Below, piece after piece: positions 11,601 to 21,504 of a stretch of 64,000 nucleotides of DNA. How positions within the stretch are numbered: position 1 is the first letter of the stretch; each line of letters opens with the position of its first letter. Position numbers and translations under genes: made by a program. The DNA is taken from NCBI GenBank assembly GCA_964234715.1, contig OZ174282.1; one strand, written 5' to 3'. The notes under the pieces were generated by a model. The model searched no databases and had not been told where the DNA came from. It saw only the letters and a program-made list of their open reading frames with translations. This stretch comes from Podarcis melisellensis. Its lineage: Eukaryota.

Positions 11601-14600
11601 CAGGAACTGGGGGGCAGCAGTGATGCCATCACCATGGAGACGCCTCTCATCAGCATCTATACACAGAGGTAAGCTACCAGGCTAACGGGGAAGCTTGACT
11701 GGTCTGGGAAGGGAAGGGAGAAAGATCTTGGCAGGAAGTGTCCAAGGGAAAAGGCCTTGAGGTAGCCATCTGCCCTTCCCTCATCATGGCAGCTGGCTCA
11801 CATTTGCCTGGCTGTCCTGCAGATTGGCAACTCTCCTGAGGCACCCTGATCCCAGGCACCATCTGCTGTGCCCTGGCTCTAACCCTAACTCTCTTTGTCT
11901 CCCTGGCTCAGGGTGAACTCTTCCAGGCTGGGCAATATGGCGTTCTCCTTCCCTGGCAACCCATGGGCAGCTAGAGTCATTTTGCCAGAGCAGTCTGCGC
12001 TGGGCGCCGTCATGCCACAGAATATCCCAGTGGATGTGCAGGTCAGAGGGAGCAGGAGTGTGTGGCTGGCCCTCTCCTTTGGACTGGGCACAGGGGCCTT
12101 CCCGTTCCATGAAATGCAAACTCTCCTCTGGCATCTGCTGCTACCCCAGGAGGAGAAGGAAGGCAGAGAGCACCCAGGCAACGAGTCACTTGCTGTGCTG
12201 TGGAATGCACTGGGGCCCAGCACTCAGAAGTGACTTGGCTCCTTCAGATCAGCCTGATGATGCACCCAGAGGCATCTTCCCTCCCTCCCTCTTCTGGAGC
12301 CTCATGCCTCTGGGTTGGACTCCAAACATTTCATGACACCCCCCTTGCCAACACCCCTGCAACCAAGGCCCCCTGACTTGGCCCTACTCAATCTACCTAC
12401 CCAGTGCTTCCAACAGTAAGCAGCCATGTTTCCAAAATGGGGAGCAGAGCGTGAGGGGGGGGGGGAGCGCCCAGCCATCCTGCCGAGTGTGGCCATGTGG
12501 CCGAGCAGGCATGGCTGGTGGGTCAGGCCCCCTCAGCAGTGGCGCTGCCCTTTCTTCTTCTCTCCCTCTCTCTTTAGATGGTGAGCTTCCTGGGCAGCCC
12601 CTTTCCCCCGAGCTCTGGGGAAGGGGTCACAGGAGCTGTAGCTGAACTGAACCTCCTTTCTGAGGGCAGCCAGATCAGCGTTAGCAACCTGAGCACCCCT
12701 GTCCAGGTATGTCCTGCCTAGAGACTTTGGGCTGAGTGGAGCCTTCCTCCCTGTAAGGGGGTGGGCTATTGAGCATCTCCAGAGGGCAAGGACAGCCCTC
12801 CAGGATCATTTCTCATGGCAGGATCTCATCGTGTGGAGATCAGCTGGATCAGCCACCAGGTAGGCCAGCCGCTTAGCCTGGGAGAGCCTACAGTACAGGG
12901 TCTGGTCTCTCTGTCATCATCCTTCCCTCTCTCCCGCCGCAGCTCACCTCCATCAGTGAGGCTGCCTCTGCTCCAGGTGAGAGCCTGAGGCAGCTGCTCA
13001 TCTCACTGTGGTGGTGCAGTAGCAGCCAGTGACATCCTGCTCTCTTTTCCCATCCCAGATTTTCCTGCCCCGGGTTGGGCCTAGAGCCCCTGCCGAGCCA
13101 GCTGCCTTCCTCTCTCCAGGGGAGGCCCTCCTTCTGACTGTGAACGTGACATGGACAAGGGGATCCCTGATGATCCACGCTCACCTGGACCCGGTGGGGC
13201 CTCTGGAGCTCTTCCTGCAGCCAAGCGAGCAACTCCGGGAGCCCATTGAGCCCAACGTTGGCCTGGGTATAGCAGGGGGACAGAAGAGCTGGCTTCTGCT
13301 TCCACTTTTGGCCTGGGGTGTGTGAGGACCTCTTCCTAAAATGGTTTCCCTTTTGTGTTGCCCCCCCCTCCGCCGCCCCCATCTCCTGCAGATGGCTACA
13401 CTTGGCTAGTGAAGGAGGAAGTTCTTCGTGACCTGAGAGGAGCCCTTCAGTTCCTGGTGGTGCCACTGAACCTCTCTGCCAGCCAGGGTCCTGCCACCTT
13501 ACATGTCAGCACCTATGGGATCCAGTGCGTCTCCCGGCACCTGCCTGATGCCCAGTGGCGAGAGGCAGGCTGCAAGGTGAGTCTTGGCGTTCAAGAAACA
13601 AAGGGAATCTGGGTACCTTGCGCCCCCTACTGCCAGAGGCAGGGAAGAATCAGAATAGCTGCCTCTGGTCCTTAATAACACTTCTATCCCATTTCAAGAC
13701 CATACTGCCTGCTTCTTTATTTAAAGCATCTGGATCTCTGTTTTGTGAGAAATATCCAAAGTGATCTGCTGCCCAGAAGGGCCCTTAATCCCACCCTGTT
13801 TGCAGGTAGGAGAGAGCAGCAGCCTGGCGGAAGTCCACTGCCTCTGCACCCACCTCTCCTTCTTTGGCAGCAGCTTCTGGGTGGCGCCAGTCCAGCTGGA
13901 TGTGGTGCGCACAGCAGAGTACTTTACCCAGGTGAACAAGAACCCAGTTCTGGTCGTGGTCCTGGGAGTCGTCTATGCCCTCTACTTGGTGGGGGTGGCC
14001 TGGGCCCGCTGGTTGGACACACGCCCCCTGCACCAGGTAAGTTGCTGGGGGTGAGAGGGCCGGAGGCAAGGGGGGGTCTGGCAGCAAGCAGCACAAACTC
14101 ACAGGCCCTTGGCAGCTCTTAGGTGGTGATGCTCTCAGAAGGGCAGGTCATGCAGCAACAGCCACCATTTGGAGACCGAACTCTTGGAGGGTCTCCAGCG
14201 GCTCTCCCACGCCATGTGGAGAACAAAGGACTCTGATCTCCTCACCCTCCACCCCTAAAGGGTGTGGCTGGCTAGGGGCGGGGAAGGCTTCTTATTTTCT
14301 ACAAATGGTCACGACTGCATTTTGCTCTCTATAAACATACAGCTGAGTGAGATGCAGCTAACTCTGTTCTGTCTAACGATTCCATGTGGATTTAAGGTTT
14401 GCACATCTCTTCGCCAGCAAAAGAGATCCCCTTATTCTGGTCTTCACTGGGGCCAAGTGGGAAGGACAAATGTATGTATGGGGCCTCAGCGCTCTCTGCT
14501 CTCCTGCGCTGCTCCATGGCAGAGCATGACCCTAGAAACGCCACCCCTCACACCCCTCTCCCTCTCCCAGGCAGGGCCAGTCCTCCTGTCCGATGATGAT

Positions 14601-17600
14601 CCCTGTGCCCAGTATGGCTACCTTCTCCAGATCTCCCTGCATGGGCAGCAGAAGGCCCCCGGAGGCAGCCCCTGTGTGAGTGGTCTGCCCTGAGTGATGG
14701 AGGGGGTGGGGTGCCTGGTCTTTGCCCCAGATCTCACCCAGCCCTTTCATCTCCAGCAGGTCTGCATCTGCCTGCAGGGATCGTCTGGTGTCAGCAAGCC
14801 TCGGCGCCTGCCCCTGGATGCCAGCCTCTTCCTCCTACGGGAGCCATACCCACTGGGAGAGCTCCAGAGCATTTGGTTGTGGCAGGAGCTCCACCCCGCC
14901 CCACAGCTGCCCTGGTCAGTCTGCCCAGAAGTAGGGTGGGCGGGTGACATCCCACTTGGAGACATTGTGCTGGCATGCGGGCACTGTCCACCTCCCATGG
15001 CTTGGCTTTGGGTGCCAGCCTGCCTCTGCTGGACATGCCACAATTCTCCCTCTCTCTGAATGGGGCAGAGGTGGTTATTGTGTCAGGGTGGCCATCTTCA
15101 GGCACCCTGAGGAGGTGGGGCTGGGGGCGGGTCAGCAGCACACCTGGCACTCGTCCAGCAGGGAGGCCTCCTGCCTCTGCCTGACAGGACCTTCTTCTAA
15201 GTGGAGCACTAAGAGCACTAGCCTCCTGCCTGGCACTCATTACCCATCCCCTTCCCTCAGGCATATCGCCTACATCACAGTGCGAGACCTGCAGCAAAGT
15301 AGGAGGTTCCATTTTTCTTGCCAGCCGTGGCACGTCCCAGCAGCAGGGGCCCCACACAGCACTGCCCAGCATTTCCTTGCAGCTCCACAGCACCAGCCAA
15401 CAGCATTCTGGTAGGCTTACCAAGAGACGGGGGAGTCTGTTTGGGTGACCTCAGTCCCCACCTGCCCACTGTGCATGAACTTAGCAGGGATCTCCGAACC
15501 GCCTCCTCCCAGCCAGAGACTCCAGCTGTCTTCCTCCTCTGGCTCTCCCATAGCCTGGCCCACCCACCCATCTTCCGCTCTCTCTGCAGGCCCATCTTCC
15601 GGCAAAGGACCCTGAACGGGCTTCGGGAGGAGCACACAGTGCTGACAGTGCTGCTGACCCGGACAGGCCACGGGCGGCCCGTCACGCGGGTCCAGGGCCT
15701 CTCCTGCGGCTTCTGCCTCCTCCTCTGCTCTGCGCTTGTCAGCCTCATGTTCTGGGAGGTGCCCCACGAGTCACCCGAGCTCCTGAGTGTTGGTAAGGGC
15801 TGTGCCACATGGGATATCTCCCAAGGGCCACTGGCATGGAAAAGGGAGCTGTGCAACTCCTCTGCTCCAACTCCTGCCAGTGGAGGAAAGTCCCTCCTGC
15901 CACAGCTGGAGGGAGAAACACAGTCATACCCTTTGGGCCGGCAGGAGGGCGGTTCATGCATTGTATTAGGACTTCGGAAGAGCCTGGGTGCAGCTGGATC
16001 AGGCCAACTGATGCCTCCTGGGAAGCCCACAAGCAAGGCTCCTCTCCTACATTTGATCCCCTACCCCCTGAATCCGGAGGTATCCTGCCTCTGATTGTGC
16101 AGGTAGCAGTTGGTGCCTCCTTCCAGCGTCCCTGGGGCACAAAGAGTGGTGACTGGTAGGTCCACTTGCAGGCACTTTCCCCCCCTGTTGATACACAGGC
16201 AACTGCTTCTCCCTCTCCTGGAAGGACATCATGATCAGTGTGGAGAGTGCCTTGATTACCTTCCCCGTCAACTTGCTCCTTGTATTCATCTTCCGCCACG
16301 CTGAACCACGCAAGAGCCATGCAAAGCCTGGCCTGGCAACGGCTGTGCCAAGTGCCCCTGCCAGCCCAACAACCCTGGACACTGTGCATGAGGTAGGAAC
16401 AAGAGCTCTCCAGGACCCAGGACATTTTCCCCATTGTGCCTCCCCTTGGAATAAGGCCATGGCTGAGCTGGCAGTGGAGAAGAACCCCCACCCGATCCCC
16501 GAAGCCCCACGTCCCCCAGGATCCTTCTTGCACCAGTGAACTTGGTCCCAGGGAGACGTTTTGCATTTGCAGATACAGCAAGCACTGGCTTGCCAGAGAG
16601 TTTTCTCTGTGGCAGTTATGGGATGGCTTTTAATAGGTAGGAGAGGATATGTTAATAGTAATTTATCCCTCCAGGTGCCCACATTTGTGGGTTGAACATA
16701 CAAAGAGATCAGCTTATCGCTTCGTTTAAAACACAGGGCTGAGCAGAGTTCAAAGTCTCATCCTCAGCAGAAAAATAGAAAGCATAGGAAAAGGCTGTGA
16801 AGCATTCATTAAATTCAGTCCAGCCACAAAGCAAGCTGGTTGCCCCTTAACAAAGAACCAGACACAGACTGAGAAGTAAGTTTAAAATATGTTTACTTAC
16901 TCATAGTCATGCAATTGTTCTCAGCAGCAACAGCAGTAAAATAAATGCAGGCAAAATACTTATATTTACAGTATGAACAGCTTGAGGCATGTGGCCAATG
17001 CTGGAGCGATAGGATATATGTCTGCTCCATCACTGGCTGAAGAGAAAAGAGAGAGGGAAGGAACAGGAAATACTTTGATTCTTCATTTCCAAGAGAGGAG
17101 GGAAAATGACCTCACACAGAACCATCTCTACCAATTACATTTCTATGGTCCGAGTCTCTCTATCAATAATGTGACCCTATGGTCTTAACCCTTTCACATG
17201 CTAACTCACAAAAATATGCATTGTTAGATTTGGCTGCAAATCTCCCACAGCACTTCTCCCATCTGCTACATCTTCTTGTGCCCAGTTTGCCCACCTTACC
17301 CTCAGCCTGTTGGGTGCATTTATGCCCCAGTCGCCTGCCACTCTCCCGTCTACCCATGCTTGTCTTCCCCTCCCTAGAGCCTGCGCGGGGCAGTGGAGAC
17401 GCTGAGCAAAGCCAGCAAGCAGAGCCAACAGCTGCTACATCCCGACATGGACCTTGAGGAGCTTCTGCAGTGGCTGGCTCGTTTTATCCACCCTGATCCT
17501 GGGGAGGAAGAGGAGGCAGCAGGTGAGAGCCCAGCCATGCCTGCCTGCCTGCCTGCCTTGGGCAGCCCTGCTAGACCCCCAGAGGATGGTGACGCTGCGG

Positions 17601-18975
17601 CTTCTGCTTGCAGGGAGGGAGCCCAAGATCTCCAGTGTGGCACCCAGCCCTGATGCGCTGCACCAGACCTACTGCAACCGCTACCTCCTCCTGAAGCTGC
17701 GGCACATCTCCCGTCTCCTGGGGGAGCTGGAACCAGGAGTCCCGACAGCCAAGCACCCTCCGGCTCTGCAGCAGCGCGTGGAGGAGATGGCCAGGCGTCT
17801 CGAGCTAGCAAGCCCCATCCAGTCTCGCTCCATGTAGGTAGCTCAGACAGGCTCTGTGAGCAGGCAGGGAAGCCTACCTTGCAGAGCCTCTTCCTCATGC
17901 CTTCTTCTTGTTCCTCCACAGCCGAAGGTGGCACTTGCCCTGGTGGGGCGCCTGGGTGGGGTGGGCCCTGCTGGTCTCCCTCAGCGCAGTGGCCACCTTC
18001 TTCTCCTTGCTCTATGGCTTCCACTATGGCAAGGAGAGCACCGAACGCTGGCTCATCTCCACTGCCATCTCCATGGGCCAGGCCCTCTTCGTCCTGCAGC
18101 CCCTCAAGGTACTTCCCAGCCAGGCTGAGCAAACCCAGCATTCCAGGGGGGCCTTCTCATGGGAGGTCGGGTTGCCAGATCTCTAAGTCTGATCTGAAGT
18201 CTTCAGGTTTGCCTAGTACCCTCCAGGTGGCAGGTGAAGGGCTTGAATCGCTAGATGGGTGAGAGTTCCAGTGGTGTGTGTGTGTGTGTACACAGAAGAC
18301 TGTGTATAGAGGGTGCACACTTTGGACCAGCAGGAGCTGGATGCAAATTATAGCATAGACACTCTGGAGGACTACCTCCCCTCTTCTCCTAATTAACCTC
18401 TGTCTCTAGGACCCTTGTGACTATACCAGGGTCTGTGCCCCTGACACCACCAGGGGCAGCCCCTAGGTCTCAGGTTTGGGCCCTGAAATCTCAGGGTCTG
18501 TGATACTCCTCAACTGGCAACCCGTAGGGGAAGGGACATCTCAGCAGCAGCAGAAATCATGGTGCACATACTTCTTCCTCATCTCATGTATGTGTCTGCC
18601 ACCTGCCTGGCTGGGACAGGTGTCTGGCATTGGAGCACTGCAAACACCCACTGCATCTCCTCTCTTCCTCCCATGAATTTCAAGGGGGTGGGGGAGAATT
18701 TAACCAAAGCACCCTCACACATACACCAGTTTGTTGTGGTGTTTTGGCACAAAGTGAGGGGCTTGGCTCACCTGGAGAAAGGGAAGCCTGCAGATGCTCC
18801 CTCTGTTTTATGGATGGGGGGAGATGTTCCCTCTGTTTTATGGATGCGGATCCTGCCCATCCTTCTTCTTCCATGAAACCCAATGCAGGTGATAAGCTTT
18901 GCCATTTTCTGTGCCCTGATACTGAAGAAAGCAGAGGATGAAGATGAGGCAGCCCTGGACCTGGAAGACCGGTAA
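8627..18975 (+). CDS. Polycystin-1-like protein (PKD1L2/PKD1L3 family) lacking the cation-channel module; ~1110 aa, 22 coding exons
   Basis: Phase-consistent GT-AG exons with no internal stop: 8627-8936, 9313-9441, 9565-9650, 9952-10024, 10662-10717, 10937-10996, 11250-11411, 11541-11668, 11912-12041, 12578-12706, 13059-13266, 13392-13576, 13806-14036, 14571-14675, 14760-14914, 15261-15410, 15590-15792, 16199-16392, 17378-17522, 17614-17833, 17922-18108, 18889-18975(TAA); total 3333 nt. Signal peptide LALLLCALCRTA; C-type lectin (CYQL..F..AQAAC...GGHLA...WW...C...C..RHPFICEF); GPS CVS....W...GCK..HCLCTHL|SFFGS; TM1; PLAT-like; TRVQGLSCGFCLL; LPWWGAWVGW...LYGFHYGKES..RWLIS...QPLKV. The four small stalk exons (9565-10996) are the least certain. 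Confidence 0.85.
16686..17249. mobile_element. solo-LTR-like element in intron of upstream polycystin gene
   Basis: TGTGGG...CCCACA termini and similarity blocks with 1242-1690; AT-rich insertion in a GC-rich gene. Confidence 0.5.
18793..18846. repeat. 30-bp tandem duplication
   Basis: gatgctccctctgttttatggatg..gatgttccctctgttttatggatg just upstream of the terminal exon. Confidence 0.7.
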
Positions 18976-20347
18976 AGGGAGGAAGGAGGCTTGCAGAAGT
19001 GGAAAGGCAGGATGAATTGAAGGAGGGAAGGGGAAAGGGGCCTCTCCAGAGAGGGTGGGGACCTGGACTGCCTCCAAGTAGAGAAGGGCAAAGGTGGCAC
19101 TGAGAATGTCCCGCACCAACTGCAGAAAACAAACTCAAGTTCAAAAAATTCCTTTCAAGACAGGGGCCAGGCAAGAGGAAGGGTTTTCAGTACTACGTCT
19201 GTTCCCTCTTCCTCCTCCCGTAAGGGAAGGTTATGCACACACAGAGAAGAATCACTCCTCTCCACTTTGGATCGGCATGACTAGGAGCCCACCTGGACCA
19301 TTCCTCTGCTGCTTTGGGTGGCCCGGCAAGGCATGCAGGCTTGGTGGAGGAATCCAGTTGCTGGTGTGGGCACCTCTGGTTGCCAAGAGCAGGTAGCCCA
19401 GGGCCTGCTCTGGGAGAGGCAGAGGATGCAGAGTGGCTACACTAGGCATCTCCTGGGATTGCTAAACAGGAAGGAAACACATTGAACTGGAGCCCCTGCA
19501 AGGGCAGGACTGGGACTGTCCCCTGTGGAAGGGGAGAAGACTAAAAGGTGGTGACTGGCATGTGCACAGTGGGGGTGGAGAGGAGTCTGCCTTCCTAACT
19601 CTTGACACTCCCCGTTAAAAAGATCTTGAGTAGTCTCTCTTTGCTCGTGGCCTTGAAACGCCACTGCCAGTCAGACTAGAGCAGACATATTAGGTTACCA
19701 GTAATTTAACCATCCTAAGGGAGACTGCAGCTCCAGGACTGGGGCCAAGGGAGCAGAAAATATGCTGGGAAGCAGTCCTAGGGCCCCATCCTGACCCATG
19801 TCTTTGACCTCTGTGATTGCAGGCTGTGCTCTTTCCAGTGATGGGAGGACAACTTTCTGCGAGGCCACCTTGGCTTTTGCCATGCCATGTGCCCAAGACC
19901 TCCAATCAGCCTCTCCAACATGATGTCACCCAAAGGCCAGGACCATCTCTCTGGAGGAATGGGAGGGCAGAGCATGGGAGTCCCATTCTGTAACCTGCCA
20001 ATGGAGCCAACCGTGAACTCACTGAGTGTTGAAAGAGTTGGGATGCAACTCAAGCTTGCTGAGGGTTTGCATGAGGTTAAATTGGATAGAGAAGGGAACC
20101 TCCAAGATTGCCTAACTGCCCTTTGATCTCTGTGATGACCTTTCCTTTACTATTAGACTGATATTCTTAGGGTTCCTGACAGTGACCAAACTTCCTGCTT
20201 CCCCCTCTTCCTTCTGAAGCTGAAGGAGAGAGGACATCTATGGATGTATCTCTGCCGAGAGTAAAGAGCAAGCATGACTCCCTTGCAGCTTTAAGATTAA
20301 TTAGCTAAAACTAGTAACTCTTTTCTATCCAAGTATATATTTCTTAT

Positions 20348-20353
20348 AATAAA
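20348..20353 (+). terminator. candidate poly(A) signal of upstream polycystin gene
   Basis: First AATAAA after the TAA at 18975; GT-rich element (tgtgtgtgattg) ~35 nt downstream. Confidence 0.5.
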
Positions 20354-20669
20354 TGGAGCTTTATTATATTCCAATTTTAAGTACTCTGTGTGTGATTGCA
20401 ATGAAGACCAGCCTCCTCTCCCCAGTAAGAAGTCTATGTGAGGTCAGCTTCCAAGCTGTGTGCTATCTTGCAAAGTGATTCAACACTAGGCATGGCCCAC
20501 ACCGAATAAATGGCAGGCTACAGGTCAGTGGTGTCCGTGGAAGCTCTCTTTCACTCTCTGAGGACATCATAATTGGTTGCTCAGGGGCCCAGGCACAGAT
20601 CCAGACACCCATTCCCACTTCAAGCCCCCTGGTGGCCCCCTGGCAGTGACATGCAGTAAATTAAAAAAA

Positions 20670-20885
20670 ATAAATCCTTCCAGTAGCACCTTAAAGACCA
20701 ACTAAGTTAGTTCTTGGTATGAGCTTTCGTGTGCATGCACACTTCTTCAGATAAGGTATCTGAAGAAGTGTGCATGCACACGAAAGCTCATACCAAGAAC
20801 TAACTTAGTTGGTCTTTAAGGTGCTACTGGAAGGAATTTTTTTTGTTTTGACTATGGCAGACCAACACGGCTACCTATCTGTAAA
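20670..20885. mobile_element. Penelope-like element terminal remnant (inverted pseudo-LTR pair)
   Basis: Near-perfect ~80-bp inverted repeat (ttccagtagcaccttaaagaccaac...gttggtctttaaggtgctactggaa) followed by agaccaacacggctacc; related copies at 45095-45160 and 45730-45920. Confidence 0.75.
20755..20794 (+). ncRNA. minimal type I hammerhead ribozyme motif
   Basis: GGUAU-CUGAAGA-A-GUGUGCAUGCACAC-GAAA-GC-UC|AUACC: complete core, stem I GGUAU/AUACC, palindromic stem II, AGCU stem III; mirror copy on - strand at 20716-20753. Confidence 0.75.
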
Positions 20886-20947
20886 TGCAGTAAATTGTAA
20901 AACCTCATATGGCTGGCTGGAGACTCGCCAGCACTTGTGCAGAAGTA

Positions 20948-21090
20948 TCATAGAACTGTAGTTTTGGAAGGGACCGTGAGGGTCATCTACTCCTACCTCC
21001 TGAGGAATCCCACTGGCACAACCTCCCTGGAAAGAGGGTCCCTTCGCCTCCGCTTAGAAACATCTAATGAAGAGGAGTCTGCCACCTTCC
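20948..21090 (-). mobile_element. CR1 LINE 3' fragment
   Basis: atcatagaactgtagttttggaagggacc..gggtcatctac matches the reverse of a CR1 3' end. Confidence 0.55.
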
Positions 21091-21229
21091 TGTCTGCCCC
21101 ATTCCCAAACCCCTTGAAATCCCATTTCTTGTCACCCGAACTGCTTGGTTATCATACTGTTCTCTGGAGCAAGAAGAATGGGATGCGCCTCCTGGGCTCT
21201 CAACATTTGCCTGCCAATGTGCCTTTTAT

Positions 21230-21504
21230 CCAGCAGACAATGCAGTTGCTCCTCCTTTCTTCCCCGTCGGGGTGCAGACAATGGCACCCTCTTCTTTGCA
21301 AACAAGAGCGCCCATCTCCAGCTGGAGCGCCAGGTGCTGCACCTGTTCAGCCTCTGGGTGTGGCGCTGCTCTGCTCCTCTTTTCAGCAGCTCCCCCACCT
21401 GCTTTCTCAGTTCGTGGGTTGAGCGTGCACGGTGTGGGGGGGGGGCGGCGGTTTAGACTATTAAAGCGTGGCCCCGGGCCACCTTGCTCCAAAGAGGGAG
21501 CGGC
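21230..21504 (+). promoter_or_regulatory. PKD1L3 proximal promoter (E-box cluster, GC box, TATA-like)
   Basis: GCAGACAATG x2 (ACAATG at 21237, 21278); CAGCTG 21319, CAGGTG 21331, CACCTG 21340; GGGGCGG ~21442; TATTAAA 21459; start of CpG-rich segment ~21420-23350. Confidence 0.5.

Noticed and set aside
8627-18975. Calling the upstream polycystin a pseudogene
   Set aside because: No frameshift or premature stop across 22 exons, canonical splice sites, and an intact signal peptide and GPS motif.
19660-20480. Possible solo LTR downstream of the extra polycystin gene (similar impression at 31740-32250)
   Set aside because: No definable TG..CA termini or TSD and no second copy in the window; left unannotated.
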